A stretch of 64,000 bases of DNA, from NCBI GenBank assembly GCA_963807235.1, contig CAWEBF010000023.1, positions 15,693-79,692 of the forward strand, read 5' to 3'. The stretch comes from an uncultured Acidobacteriota bacterium (GTDB lineage: Bacteria; Acidobacteriota; Vicinamibacteria; Vicinamibacterales; UBA2999). Shown here piece after piece: positions 32,179 through 44,623 of this stretch. Made by a program: the position numbers and the translations under genes. The notes below the pieces were generated by a model that made no database searches, was not told the DNA's origin, and saw only the letters and a program-made list of their open reading frames with translations. How positions within the stretch are numbered: the first letter of the stretch is position 1; each line of letters starts with the position of its first letter.

Positions 32179-33880
32179 ATGCATCGACCCCTACGAGCAG
32201 GGCTCGCGGCGGTCATCGCGGCGCTCGTCGCGCACGCGTTCGACGGATAGCCCGGCGACTGCCCAACAGACGCCGGCCTCACCCATGAACGCGTCGGCCT
32301 TCGCGGAGGCCGACCTCCGCGGCTGGCTGACATACGTCGCATCCGACGAGCTGCAGGGCCGACAGGCCTACACCGAGGGCATCGGCCTGGCGGGCGCCTA
32401 TATCGCACGCAACCTGGAGCAGTGGGGCATCGCGCCCGCCGGCGACAACGGCGCCTACTTTCAAACGGTGCGCGTGCTGGGCATGCGCGCCCGCAGCAAC
32501 TCGAGCGTCACGGTGACCGTGAAGGGGCAGACCCGGACCTTCAAGGACGGCGAGGGCGTGACCTTCCCGCTCAACCAGGGCGGCAAGCAGACCGTTTCTG
32601 GCCGCGCGGAGTTCGTCGGCCACGGCATCGCCTACGCGCCGCTGGGGCACAACGACTACGCGCGCGCGAACGCCGCCGGCAAGGTGGTGCTCTACACTGG
32701 AACCAAGGGACCCAGCGGCTTCACCGACACACACAACCGGCTGCTGAACGCGCGCGGCCGGAACGCCATAGAGGGCTTCGGTGCCGTGGCGGCCATCGGA
32801 CCCGCGTCTGCAGCGTCCGCGTCGCGGACTCCGCAGCCCGGCAACCAGCGGGTGGATTTTCAGACCGCGCAACGCGTGGACACGCCGGTGGCGCCGCAGA
32901 TCACGGCCAGCGACGAGTTCTTCAACTTCGTCCTCAGTGGATCGGGCCAGAGCTACGGCGACCTGAAGTCGAGCGCCGAACGCCAGCAGGCGGTGCCGGC
33001 CGTGTCGCTCGGCGACGTCACCATCACGATCAACGTCGATGCGGAGTACGAGGTCATCCAAACGAGGTTCACGCGCAACGTCGTCGCGATGGTGCGCGGC
33101 GCCGACGCCGCGCTCGCCGACCAGTACGTGTTGCTGGGCGCGCACTACGACCACATCGGCTACCAGCAGTTCGCGCCCACGGCCGCGCCGGGCGCCCCCG
33201 ATTCCCTGATTGCCAGCTGCGCGGGCCAGTCGCGGCCCACGCCCAGGACCGGCGACAACATCAACAATGGCGCCGACGACGACGGCTCCGGCACGGTGGG
33301 CCTGATGGCCATCGCGCGCGCGTTCGCCAAGGGGCCGCGGCCGCGTCGATCGGTGATCTTCATCTGGCACACGGCCGAAGAGGGCGGTCTCAACGGCTCG
33401 CGGTACATGGCGGACCATCCGGTGGTGCCGCTGGATCGCGTGTCGGCCCAGCTGAACATGGACATGATCGGCCGCAACCGCTGCGACGACCCGGCGGAGT
33501 CGAACACCGTACACATCGTGGGAGCGGACCGCATCAGCACGGACCTGCACAACACGAACGAGGACGCGAACGCGTCCCTGCCCCGGCCACTCACCCTGAA
33601 TTACGAGCTGAACGACGGCGCCGACCTGGAGTCCCTATACACGCGCAGCGACCACTACAGCTACGCGGCCAAAGGCGTGCCGGTGATCTTCTTCACGACC
33701 GGCCTGCACCGCGACTACCACTACGTGACCGACGAAGTGGACAAGATCGTCTTCGACAAGATCAGCCGCATCGCGCAGCTGGCCTACACAACGGCCTGGC
33801 GCCTGGCCAACAACGACAAGGCGCCGGCGCGCGATCGGCGGGGACCGCGCGTCGGCAAGGGTCAGAGCGGTCGATTGTGA
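32179..33880 (+). CDS. Secreted M28 family peptidase with PA domain (frameshift near 32235)
   Basis: AHYDH, NGADDDGSG, EEGGL.GS, SDHY and DYH; signal peptide from ATG 32179 with RBS GGAGG. Confidence 0.9.
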
Positions 33881-33921
33881 ACCCGACTTGGCGGACATGC
33901 GCACGCCAAGCCGGTTGATGG

Positions 33922-34310
33922 TCAGTAGATGAACTGGCGGCCATCGGAGCCGTCCGCCGGGTACCACACCTTGATCGGCTGCGCGGCGTTTCGAGGCGCC
34001 TCACCGAGGGTCACCGCCGACAGCCCCTTCAGGCGGTCCGGCCGCGGCACCCTGTGCGTGAAACCCATGAACTCCGCGGCATTCGAGCTCCCGTTCCGCA
34101 CACGCACGATGTCGAGGTACCCGCTCCCTCCACGATCTCGAACGTATAGCGGCCGGGAGCCAAGGTGACGCCCGGCAGCGCGACGCTCCGACTGAACGAG
34201 AGCGTTGCCGAATCACCCCGCGTCCCCGAACCGGCCGATTCGGTAGCCAGGGCGGCCAGCGCCAGACCACACGCCACGGTTGCCGCAACCACCGACTTTT
34301 TCTTCAGCAT
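33922..34310 (-). CDS. Secreted hypothetical protein (frameshift near 34125)
   Basis: Signal peptide; TLSFSRSVALPGVTLAPGRYTF...WYP...GRQFIY; RBS GAGGAGG. Confidence 0.7.
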
Positions 34311-34531
34311 TTTCTGTCCTCCTCTGCCCATGGAAACGCAGCTCATCGCTGAATCGCACTGGCATCGCCTCAAGGCGCGGTCCGTGCGGTTTCTGGGCGC
34401 CCAGCGTTTGCTCAGGTGAGGGCGTTGTCATCGGCAAGCAGTTGTGGCGAGTGGTTGGCTGGGTGCAAGGACTAGTAAGATTCGCCACACGACAGCCGGC
34501 CATTGGCAAGGGCGCCCCGCAAAGGAGGCGT

Positions 34532-35116
34532 ATGGAAACCACGATCGAGCTGTTGGAACGGGTCAAAGGGGGCGATCAAGCCGCGCTCGACGACCTGGTG
34601 GAACGTTCCGTTCCGCCGTTGAAGCGCTGGGCGCGGGGCCGGTTGCCGCAGCATGCCCGAAGCCTGCAGGAGACGCAGGATCTGGTGCAGAACGCCGTCA
34701 TGCGGGCCATCCCCCGCCTGAAGACCTTCCAGGCGCTGCACCCCGGAGCGCTGCAGGCGTTCCTGCGCCAGGCCGTGGCCAACGAGATCATCGACGAGAT
34801 CCGCAAGGTGAAGCGGCGGCCCGAACCAGTCGCCATTGCTGATGAGCTTCCGTCACGGGAACCGAGCCCGCTGGAACAGGCGATCGGCCGGGAAGGGTTC
34901 GAACGCTACGAGACGGCGCTGGCGCGGCTGAAGCCGTCGGACCGCGAGGCCATCATCGCCCGCATGGAGCTGCAGCAGAGTTACGAGGAAGTGGCGCTGG
35001 CCCTTGCCAAGCCCAACGCCAACGCCGCGCGGGCCGCCGTGAAGCGGGCCATCGAGCGGCTGCTCAAGGAGATGGTCAGCCTGCGCGCGGCGGCTGGCCC
35101 CAGCAAACCGAGCTGA
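34532..35116 (+). CDS. ECF RNA polymerase sigma factor, kinase-associated
   Basis: Sigma2 (QDLVQ) and sigma4 (SYEEVA) regions; RBS AAGGAGG; directly upstream of a kinase gene. Confidence 0.9.
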   Translation: METTIELLERVKGGDQAALDDLVERSVPPLKRWARGRLPQHARSLQETQDLVQNAVMRAIPRLKTFQALHPGALQAFLRQAVANEIIDEIRKVKRRPEPVAIADELPSREPSPLEQAIGREGFERYETALARLKPSDREAIIARMELQQSYEEVALALAKPNANAARAAVKRAIERLLKEMVSLRAAAGPSKPS

Positions 35117-35184
35117 ATCGCAGAGCTCAACGGCTGAGACGGCTGGAACAGGAGTAAGATTCGCGCGGCGGGGTATCGCGCGCG

Positions 35185-37131
35185 ATGGCCGACGACGATC
35201 CGTTACCGGAGCTGATCGAGGCCGTCGCGGATGGTACTCTCGACCGCCGGCGGCTGCCCGGCACCCACCAGGACCCCACCATCTCCAAGCTTCTAGCCGA
35301 GCTGCAGATCCTCGCGGGTGTCTCTGAGGTCCACCGCTCTCAGGTGGCCGGCGACGAACCAACCACCGCGACCGCCGGCTTCGACAGCGTTTCCACGTCC
35401 CGAACCCAGCCGACACCGGTCACCGGTGCGGACGATGGCTCCGGCCCCATCGACGTATCTCCCGCGCGGCTCACGCAGTGGGGCAACTTCGAGCTGATCA
35501 GAAAAGTGGGCGAAGGCACGTTCGGCGAGGTGTTCCAGGCGCGCGACCTGTGGCTTGGTCACGACGTGGCCTTGAAGCTGCTGAAAGCCAATGTCACCGA
35601 CAGGGCCAGGATGCTGCACGAGGCTCGCATGCTGGTGCGCGTGCGGCACCTGAACGTGGTCACGGTGCACGGGGCCGACGTGCACAGCGGACGTCTGGGC
35701 TTCTGGATGGATTTCGTGGAAGGCGCGACGCTGCACGAAGCCATCCGCCGGGAGGGCCCACGCAGCGCCGGCGAGGCCTTTGCCTGGGGCCAGGACTTGT
35801 GCCGCGCTCTGGCGGCCGTCCACGCCGCGGGCATCGTGCACCGCGACGTGAAAGCGCAGAACGTGATGCGCCGCACGAGCGATGGCCGGCTGGTCCTGAT
35901 GGACTTCGGAGCCGGAGAGATACTCGGCAAGCCTCGGGCTGGCGCCGCGGCAGGTACGCCTTTGTATCTCGCGCCCGAGCTTCTGCACGGGGCCGTGGCA
36001 TCGCGCAGCTCCGACATCTACGCGCTCGGCGTGCTGCTGTTCTTCCTCGTGTCGCGCAAGTTCCCGGTGCAGGCCACGACCTGGGACGAGCTGATCGCCG
36101 CGCACCAACGGCACGAACGCGTGCGGCTCGAGGACGTGCGGCCCGACATGCCGGCCGCGTTCGTGGACGTGGTCGAACGGGCGCTGCGGACCGACCCCGC
36201 GCACCGCTTCGCCAGCGCGGGCGAGATGCTGGCCGCCATGCGCGGCCTGGATTCCGGTCCGTTGAGCATCTCTTCCACGCCGCTGCCGGTCGTGACCCCG
36301 CCGCCGACGTCTCAAATGCGGCAGACCGCGATCCGTGTGGGAGGCGTGTCGCTCGGCTCTGTTCAGTCTGACGCTGGTGCTCGGGTATGTGGCCTGCTCG
36401 TCGTTCGAAGTGGGGTTCAAGATCGACCCGTTCTTCGCCAGCGGCTTCTCGAGCTACCTCACGGTCGGCGCCGGCGCCGTGCTGCCAATCGTGCTCATCT
36501 GGGTCGTCGCATCCGCCGCCGTCGCGGTGTCCGGGGCCGGCCGGCACCTGTTCGCGACCTGGCGCGCGGCCAGCGAACGGCGCAGGAACAGTCTCCTGGC
36601 GCGCGTCGATCCCGTGGTCCTCGGCACGGCGATCTGCGTCGTCGGCGCATTGGGTTGCGTGGCCACGACAATGTGGTTCTATCCGGTGTTCGCGGCGCTA
36701 GACGGAACTGCGGACGGGGGCGACCACGCCTGCCAACCTGGCGGCGCTCGCGCCGGGTGGAGCCAACACGAACCATGGAGTGCTGTCGGCCTTTCTCAGT
36801 TTCGCGCTTGGTTTCGCCGCCTGGAAGTGGTTTCCGGCACTCGAAAGGCGCGGCGATGTTCCCGCGGCACTTCGGGCCCTGCGATGGGCGACGGTCGGTG
36901 TCGCGCTGCTGACGATCGTCCTGTACGGCGATTCCTCGCCGATTCGTCTGGGACGAATTCGAGGTGGTGCAGTACCAAAACCAGCGTGCGTTCGTTTTGG
37001 CGAGTAGAGGGGAGCAGCTTCTCCTCTATCTCACCGATTCTCCGGGATCCCCGCTGCGGAGAGTGTCTGCCTCGGCCAACACCCTGGAGCGGACGGGTGA
37101 GACACGAAAATTGTTCGAGCCGCCGTCATAG
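35185..37131 (+). CDS. Ser/Thr protein kinase with multi-TM C-terminus (several indels after 36350)
   Basis: GEGTFGEV, VALK, HRDVKAQN, DFG and YLAPE; hydrophobic segments in shifted frames, ending TRKLFEPPS*. Confidence 0.85.
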
Positions 37132-37149
37132 TGGCGCGGCTGGGAGGTC

Positions 37150-37769
37150 ATGATGCGTCGATCTTCGGGATTGCTGCGTCCTTTTCGCTCTCGTGGCGGG
37201 CGTCGTGCTCTCCGCGCCCGTGAACGCCTCGCGCGGGGATTATCGACTACATCTTCGACATGAGCGGGCCGCAGATGATCGGCAAGGTGGGGCGATGCCG
37301 TGTGCCCGTTTCGGGTGGCGTGACGAAGTGCAACCTGTTCGGGATCCCCGTTCGGGAGAACATCGACATCATGAGCGAGAGCCGGGTGTGGGTGAACCTC
37401 GAGGGTTCCGTCCACTTCTCCACCGGCAAGAACGAGGGAGATACCGACTATCGCGCATTCCGCACCTACATGGCGTCCTTCGAGCCGCTGATCGAGGTCA
37501 CCTCGGGGAGCAGCGGAAGGGTCCGGTTCTTCCACGGCGCGGGCCTGGCGTCTCACTTCCTGGCCGGACCGGACTTCCGCCGGTTCACCAACGCGGGGTA
37601 CAAGGTGCGGCCGGTCGGCGTGGAGATCGGTGACCGCTGGGAGTTCGCGTTCAACTTTCGGCTCTATCCGGACGGCTTCGGAGCCGACCAGTTCGGCTTC
37701 GGCCCGTCGCCTTCCGGGGATCGCGCCTTCGAGTACACGTGGGGCATCGTGGGGGGCTACAAGTATTGA
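37150..37769 (+). CDS. Secreted hypothetical protein (N-terminal indels)
   Basis: RBS GGAGG plus ATG 37150 and a signal-like segment; body is ORF 37260..37769. Confidence 0.55.
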
Positions 37770-38749
37770 GATTTCGTCGACTCGTTCGAGTGGGGCCGGC
37801 AGTCGTCGCGTTGCTGGCGCCTGTCGTTCTGCTGGCGCAGGCACCGAATCCGATTCCGCCGTCGGTGCCACTGGCGGCCGACGCGCCGTTCACGGTCGCG
37901 GTCAACACCTCCACGATCGAGGGTGCGCCGGTCTACGTCGCCGACAACGGCCCGGCGGGCGCCGGCTTCACCGTGATCAACGGCGGCGTCCGCAACCTGG
38001 CCAACGGCGGCGCGCATGCCGCCACTAACGCCGAGACACAGCTGCTGGTCGTGGGCACGCCGAACGTGCGGTTGCTGTTCACGGTCGCGGAGGGCCTGTA
38101 TCGCGTCGTCGCCAAGCGGTCGGCAGGCATCAGGACGCCGGCGGACCTGCGCGGCAAACGCATCTCGATCCCGCGTGACACCTCGGCGCACTACTACCTG
38201 GTGCGCACGCTGGCCGCCGCGGGCTTGAGCGAGACGGACGTCACCCTGGTGGTGGACTTGCCGCGCGATCAGATGGCGGCGGGCGTGGTGGCCGGCCGCG
38301 CTGACGCGCTGGTGATGTGGGAGCCGGAAGCTGAAAAGGCCGTGGCGGCCCTGGGCCAGGACGTGACGATCTTCCAGGACAACCGGATGTACCGGGAGTT
38401 CTTCAGCCTGTATGCCTCCACCGAAACCCTGGGCAACCCCAAGCGGCGTCAGGAGCTGGTGGCGTTCGTACGCGCGCTCCTGGCCGCGACCGACGAGGTG
38501 AAGCGCCGGCCCGAGCCGCACTTTCCGCTCATCGCCAAGACGGTCAACCAGTCCGTGGACTGGGTGACGCGCAGCTGGCGCCATCACGCATTTCCGGGCG
38601 CGCTGCCGACTGAGCTCCTGGACGTGATGGTCGAGGAAGACCGCTGGGTGGCGCGCAATCAGAAGCGTGAGCCGCGGTCGCGCGCCGCGCTGCAAAGCCT
38701 GATCGACACGAGCATCCTGACCGAGGCGCGCACGCCGGGCGCGCGCTGA
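37766..38749 (+). CDS. ABC transporter substrate-binding protein, NMT1/SsuA/TauA-like
   Basis: GI.T.ADLRGKRI, TSAHYYL and ADA...WEP; signal peptide. Confidence 0.85.
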   Translation: MRFRRLVRVGPAVVALLAPVVLLAQAPNPIPPSVPLAADAPFTVAVNTSTIEGAPVYVADNGPAGAGFTVINGGVRNLANGGAHAATNAETQLLVVGTPNVRLLFTVAEGLYRVVAKRSAGIRTPADLRGKRISIPRDTSAHYYLVRTLAAAGLSETDVTLVVDLPRDQMAAGVVAGRADALVMWEPEAEKAVAALGQDVTIFQDNRMYREFFSLYASTETLGNPKRRQELVAFVRALLAATDEVKRRPEPHFPLIAKTVNQSVDWVTRSWRHHAFPGALPTELLDVMVEEDRWVARNQKREPRSRAALQSLIDTSILTEARTPGAR

Positions 38750-38757
38750 CGCCCGCC

Positions 38758-39468
38758 CTAGAGCAGCGCCGCCAGCTCCGCCAGCGTCCGGATCACGGGT
38801 ACGTCGACGGCTGACGCTGGCGCCGAACCCTCGGCGCGGTGCAAGAGCACCGGCCGCATGCCCACGCCGCGCGCGCCTTCCACGTCGTGAGCCACGCTAT
38901 CCCCCACCATCACGGATGCGTCCGCGCGGACGCCGGCTCGCTGCAGCGCCTCGTGGAAGATGCTGGGGTGCGGTTTCAGATACCCATGTTCGGCCGACGA
39001 TACCGCGGCCACAATCACGGCGCCCAGCCTGAAGTGCTCCTGGAACTCTTCAAGCGAGCGGTGCGAGTTGGAGATCAGGCCCACCTTGATCTGCTGCGCC
39101 GCCAACTCGCGCATCACGCCGTCCACGTCGTCGTAGAGATGAAAGTGGTGGCACCGCGCCCATTCCACGTAGATCTCGGCCGCGCACGCGTCCAGCACCT
39201 CGTCGGTGGCACGGCCGCCCATGCCCTCGATGATGCGCCTCGTGTATCGGATGAAGATCTCGTCCTCGTACACGTGCCCCGCGTCGTCCAGGCTGGCCAG
39301 CGCCGCCCGCACGGCCTCGTCGAAGTGCACCTCGTCGACGGCGATCCCGTGCCTCGCGCAGAACCCGCGATAGCCAATGCCCTGGAAGGCCGGCCCCGGA
39401 TAAATCAGCGTGAAGTCGACGTCGAAGAAGACGGCGTCGGTGCGCCGCGCGGCGGGTCCCAGCCTCAT
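38758..39468 (-). CDS. HAD-family hydrolase
   Basis: [18 protein letters not shown] and VGDS..HDV.GA. Confidence 0.9.
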   Translation of the reverse strand: MRLGPAARRTDAVFFDVDFTLIYPGPAFQGIGYRGFCARHGIAVDEVHFDEAVRAALASLDDAGHVYEDEIFIRYTRRIIEGMGGRATDEVLDACAAEIYVEWARCHHFHLYDDVDGVMRELAAQQIKVGLISNSHRSLEEFQEHFRLGAVIVAAVSSAEHGYLKPHPSIFHEALQRAGVRADASVMVGDSVAHDVEGARGVGMRPVLLHRAEGSAPASAVDVPVIRTLAELAALL

Positions 39469-39519
39469 GCCGCCGAATCAGCCCGGCACATCCCGTAATT
39501 GTACAATCGGCTATCGACC

Positions 39520-42341
39520 ATGCCCGAGTGGAAAGAGACCGTCAACCTGCCGCGCACCGGGTTCCCGATGAAGGCGAACCTGCAGACCGCGGAGCCCGAG
39601 GCCAACGCGCGGTGGGAGGCCATGGACCTCTACGCGCGATCCAGGAACGGCGCAAGGACGCGCCCTCCTTCGTGCTGCACGACGGACCGCCGTACGCCAA
39701 CGGGCAGATCCACCTCGGCACCGCGCTCAACAAGATCCTGAAGGACCTGGTGATCCGGTCGAAGTCGATGGCCGGCTTCGGCGTGCCCTTCGTGCCCGGC
39801 TACGACTGTCACGGCCTGCCCATCGAGTTGCGCGTGGACCGCGAGCTGGGCTCGAAGAAGCGGGAGATGTCGCGCGCCGACATCCGCCGCGCGTGCCGCG
39901 CGTACGCCGAGCGGTTCATCGGCGTGATGACCGGCGAGTTCAAGCGCCTGGGCGTGATGGGCGAATGGCACCACCCGTACCTGACGATGGACTACCGCTA
40001 CCAGGCGGACATCGTCCGCGCGCTGGGACGGTTCGTCGAGCAGGGGCTCGTGTACAAGGGCAAGAAGCCGGTGCACTGGTGCATCCACTGCCGGACGGCG
40101 CTGGCCGAGGCCGAGGTGGAGTACGCCGACCACACCTCGCCGTCCATCTACGTCGAGTTTCCGCTGGCTCAGGAGAGCGCGGCGACGCTCGCCGAGCGGG
40201 TGCCAGCCTTGGCCGGGAAGCCGGTGTCGGTCCTCATCTGGACCACCACGCCCTGGACGATCCCCTCGAACCTCGGCATCGCCTTTCACCCGGAGTTCGA
40301 CTACGCCGCCTACCCGGTGGACGGCGGCGCCGTAATCGTGGCCGAGGCGCTGGCGCAGCGCGTGGCCGCCGCCGTGGGGCGCGAGCTGACCACACCGGTG
40401 GCCCGCATGAAGGGCGAGACGCTGGAGGGCATCTCCTTCCAGCACCCGCTCTACGATCGCGTGTCGAAGGGCGTGCTGGGCGACTACGTGACGCTCGAGC
40501 AGGGAACCGGGGCCGTGCACACGGCCCCGGGCCACGGCGCCGACGACTTCCTGACCGGCGTGAAGTACGGCCTCGATATCTACGCCCCGGTCGGGCCTGG
40601 CGGGCACTTTCTGGAGGACGTGGGCCTGTTCGCGGGCCTGCGCGTCTTCGACGCCAACCCGAAGGTCGAGGAGGCGTTGCACGCACGGGCCCGGCTGTGG
40701 CACCGCGAGAACTTCGAGCACCAATACCCGCACTGCTGGCGCTGCCACAACCCGGTGATCTTCCTGGCCACCTCCCAGTGGTTCGTTCGCATGGACGGCG
40801 ATCCGGTGATCCTCTGCGAGGACGGCCAGAAGCGGACGCTGCGACAAGCCGCCCAGTACGCGATCGATCACCAGGTCCGGTGGATCCCATCCTGGGGTCG
40901 CGACCGCATCTTCAACATGGTCACGAACCGGCCGGACTGGTGCATCTCGCGCCAGCGCGCCTGGGGCGTGCCGATCCCCGCCGTGGACTGCGAGGCGTGC
41001 CGCGAGGCGGTGCTCACGCCGGAAATGGTGCGGATGGCCGGCGACGTGTTCGAGCAGCACGGGGCCGACGCCTGGTACGAGCGCCCGCTCGAAGAGTTCC
41101 TGCCCAAGGGGCTCGCCTGCCCCAAGTGCGGCGGCACGTCCTTCGAGCGCGAGCAGGACATCCTGGACGTGTGGTTCGACTCCGGGTCCAGCCACGAAGC
41201 GGTGCTGCCGCGATGGGAGGGCCTGCGCTGGCCATCCGACATGTATCTCGAGGGCAGCGATCAGCACCGGGGCTGGTTCCAGAGCTCGCTGCTGGTCGCG
41301 CTGGCCACGCGGGGGCGGCCCCCCTACAAGGAGGTCCTCACCCACGGCTTCCTGATCGACCTGGAAGGCCGCAAGATGTCGAAGTCGGTGGGGAACGTGA
41401 TTGCCCCGCAGGCCATCATCCAGGAGAGCGGCGCCGAGATCATCCGCCTGTGGGTGGCGATGACGGAGTTCACGGAGGAGCTGCGCGTCAGCAAGGAGAT
41501 CCTGACGCGCGTGGTGGACACCTACCGCAAGCTGCGCAACACCTGCCGCATCCTGGTCGCCAACCTCTACGACTTCGATCCGGCCGTGGACATGCTGCCG
41601 CTCGCGTCGCTGGACGCCGTGGATCGGTTCGCGCTGGCACGTTTTGCGGACGCCGACGCGCGCATCAGGCGCGGCTACGCGGAGTACGACTTCTCCACCG
41701 TGGCCCAGACACTCAACACGCTGGTGACGGTCGAGCTGAGCGCGTTCTACGTGGACGTGACCAAGGACCGGATGTACACCTTCGCCGCCGGCTCGAAGGC
41801 AAGGCGCTCGACCCAGACCGCCATGTACCGCATGTGCGACGGGCTGGCGCGGCTGCTGGCGCCGATTCTGCCGGTGACGGCCGACGACTTGTGGCGGCAC
41901 ATGCCGGGGAAGCGATCCGAATCGGTGCACCTGGAGCGCTTCGCGCCGGCCGATGACGCGGCCGACTCGGCACTGGTCGCCACGTGGAACCGTCTGCTCG
42001 CCGTGCGTGAGGCGGTGAACGCGGCGCTGGAACAGAAGCGCAAGGACAAGGTGATTGGCACCTCACTGGGGGCCCGCGTGGTGCTCACGGCATCAGGTCC
42101 CGTGGCCGCGCTGCTCGATGCGCACCGCGCCGACCTGCCCATGCTGTTCATCGTGTCGGACCTCGAGCTGCGGCTCGGACCGGCCGACGGTCCCGATACG
42201 GTCACCGTGGAAATCGAGCGCGCGCCTGGCACGAAGTGCGAGCGATGCTGGCGGATTGTCCCGGCCACGAGCGCGGACCCGGCCTGGGCGGGGCTGTGCA
42301 CGCGTTGCGTGGACGCGCTGGCCGAGCCGGCGGCGCGCTGA
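39520..42341 (+). CDS. ileS: Isoleucine--tRNA ligase (type 1; frameshift near 39635)
   Basis: [38 protein letters not shown] and C-terminal KCERCW...CTRC. Confidence 0.97.
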
Positions 42342-42348
42342 GCCCCGC

Positions 42349-42843
42349 GTGACCCGTACCCGGACGCTCGTCGCCATTGCCGGCCTGGTCGTCGTGGTCG
42401 ATCAGCTCACGAAGCTGATCGTCAGGCGGCAGTTCGAGCTCCACGACAGCCTGCCGGTCGTCCCCGGCTTCTTCAGCCTGACGCGGGTGCACAATACCGG
42501 GGCGGCGTTCGGGATGCTGAATGCCGTGGAGATACCATACAAGGCGGCCGTGCTGACCGTGGTCCGAATCGCGGCCCTTGGCGGCCTGACGTTCTTCGCC
42601 GCCACGCTGCCGGCCACGCATTGGCTGGCACGGGTGGGGATTGCGCTCGTGGTCGGAGGGGCGGCCGGCAATCTGGTGGACGGCTTGACGCTTGGCTACG
42701 TTGTGGACTTCTTCGACTTCTACTGGAACGCCTGGCACTTCTGGGCGTTCAATGTCGCGGACGCATCGATTTCGGTCGGGATGGCGCTCGTCATCCTGGA
42801 CCAGCTCGGAGTAGGACGTCACCGTGTATCCGGAACTGTTTAA
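42349..42843 (+). CDS. lspA: Lipoprotein signal peptidase II
   Basis: DQLTK, NTGAAFG, GNLVD, VVDF and FNVAD. Confidence 0.95.
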   Translation: MTRTRTLVAIAGLVVVVDQLTKLIVRRQFELHDSLPVVPGFFSLTRVHNTGAAFGMLNAVEIPYKAAVLTVVRIAALGGLTFFAATLPATHWLARVGIALVVGGAAGNLVDGLTLGYVVDFFDFYWNAWHFWAFNVADASISVGMALVILDQLGVGRHRVSGTV

Positions 42844-43636
42844 CGTCGGCCCGCTGACCATCTACTCGTACGGCGTGCTGCTGGCGGCGTCCTATCTGCT
42901 GGGCCTGCGCCTGGCGATGTCGCGAGCCAGGAAGTGGGGCCTCGACGCCAATCGGGTGCTGGACCTCGGGATCTACATCATCATCGCGGCGCTTATCGGG
43001 GCGAAGCTCCTGCTCCTCATCGTGGACTTCGACCAGTTCAGCACGTCACCCGCGGACCTCTTGTCCCTGGCGCGCTCGGGCGGCGTTTTCTACGGCGGGC
43101 TGCTTCTCTCCGTCGCGGTGGCCTTCTGGTACATCGCCAGGCACGGCATGCCCTTCTGGACCACGTGCGACGTGTTTGCTCCGGGCATCGCGCTGGGTCA
43201 CGTGACCGGCCGGCTGGGCTGCTTCGCGGCCGGTTGCTGTTACGGCAAGGCGACGACGGTGCCGTGGGCGGTCGTGTTCACCGATCCCGCCGCGGCGGCC
43301 AACGTCGGGACGCCGCTCGGCATCCCCCTGCACCCGACGCAGCTGTACGAAGCGGGCGCCGAGCTTCTGATCCTCGGCGTGCTGCTCATGGCGGAACGGC
43401 GGGGCCGCGGGTTCGCCGGCCGCACTTTCTGGGCGTACATGTTCTGTACGCGGTGTCGCGGTTCGTGATCGAGTTCTATCGGGGCGATCCGCGCGGCACG
43501 TGTCTTCGGGGTCCTGTCCACCTCGCAGTTCATCTCGGTGGTGCTGGCGCCGCTCAGCCTCGTGATGTTGGCGTGGCTGGCGCGGCTGAAGCCGACGGCC
43601 CCGCAGGAAGCCCGCGCGCGCCGCCGTGCGGCCTGA
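42824..43636 (+). CDS. lgt: Prolipoprotein diacylglyceryl transferase (indels near 43440-43500)
   Basis: YSYGV, GGVFYGG, GRLGCF..GCCYG, HPTQLYE and RF.IEF.RGD. Confidence 0.93.
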
Positions 43637-44615
43637 GCCTCTCACGTTCATCGCCGGCGCCGAACACGAAGGGCAGCGGCTCGACCGCTTTCTGGTCTCG
43701 GTGCTGGAGTCATACTCCCGGTCACAGATCCAGAAGCTGATCGCCGACGGGCTGGTGACGCTCGGCGCGCGCGTGGCCAAAGCCAACACCGCCCTCAAGG
43801 CAAACACCGCTGTTAAAGCAAACACTGTCCTGCGCGTTGGGGAGAGCGTCGAAGTGCAGCTTCCGGAGCCGGTCGCCGCCGAAGCCGCCGCCGAAGCCCT
43901 GCCCATCGAGGTGCTGTACCAGGACGCGGACGTGGCCGTGATCGACAAGCCCGCCGGCATGGTGGTGCATCCCGGCGCGGGTCACCCGTCGGGCACGCTG
44001 GTCAACGCGCTCCTGCACCACATGGAGGACCTGAGCGGCATCGGCGGCGAGCTGCGGCCCGGCATCGTGCACCGGCTGGACCGCGGCACTTCCGGCGTGA
44101 TGGTCGTGGCCAAGCACGACGCCGCCCACCAGGAGCTGGCGCGGCAGTTCCACGATCGCGAGGTGGAGAAGGAATACATCGCGCTCGTGTGGGGCGTGGT
44201 GCAGGCGGGCCGCCGCATCGACGCCGCGATCGGCCGCGACGCGGCCGATCGCCTGAAGATGTCGGCGCGAGCCAAGCATGCGCGCCACGCCGTCACGCGC
44301 ATCACGCGGGCGATGCCACTGCCCGGGCTCACGCTCTGCCAGGTGGCGATCCACACGGGGCGCACGCACCAGATCCGCGTGCACCTGAGCGCGATCGGGC
44401 ATCCGATCGTCGGCGACTCGGTGTACGGCGGCGTGCATCGCCGCGTGGCCGGCGACATCAGGGCCGTGCAGCGGCTGGAGCGCCCGTTCCTGCACGCGGC
44501 GCGCCTGGTGTTCCACCACCCCACGGACCGGCGCCGCATGGAGTTCATGGCGCCGCTGCCGGGCGACCTGCAGAGCGTCCTCGACGATCTCGTGACGCGC
44601 GCCGAGAACGCCTGA
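43626..44615 (+). CDS. rluD: RluA/RluD-family 23S rRNA pseudouridine synthase
   Basis: S4 domain (RLDRFL..SRSQIQ), KPAGMVVHP, HRLDRGTSG and TGRTHQIRVH. Confidence 0.93.
   Translation: MRPEPLTFIAGAEHEGQRLDRFLVSVLESYSRSQIQKLIADGLVTLGARVAKANTALKANTAVKANTVLRVGESVEVQLPEPVAAEAAAEALPIEVLYQDADVAVIDKPAGMVVHPGAGHPSGTLVNALLHHMEDLSGIGGELRPGIVHRLDRGTSGVMVVAKHDAAHQELARQFHDREVEKEYIALVWGVVQAGRRIDAAIGRDAADRLKMSARAKHARHAVTRITRAMPLPGLTLCQVAIHTGRTHQIRVHLSAIGHPIVGDSVYGGVHRRVAGDIRAVQRLERPFLHAARLVFHHPTDRRRMEFMAPLPGDLQSVLDDLVTRAENA
43779..43832 (+). repeat. Intragenic 18-bp tandem repeat x3 (KANTAL/KANTAV/KANTVL)
   Basis: aaagccaacaccgccctc aaggcaaacaccgctgtt aaagcaaacactgtcctg. Confidence 0.85.
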
Positions 44616-44623
44616 GGGACGTA

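Noticed and set aside
39520..43636. Frameshifts in ileS, lgt, prmC and about 20 other genes as programmed frameshifting or mass pseudogenisation
   Set aside because: They hit essential genes, lack shared slippery motifs and are scattered. This fits long-read indel errors.
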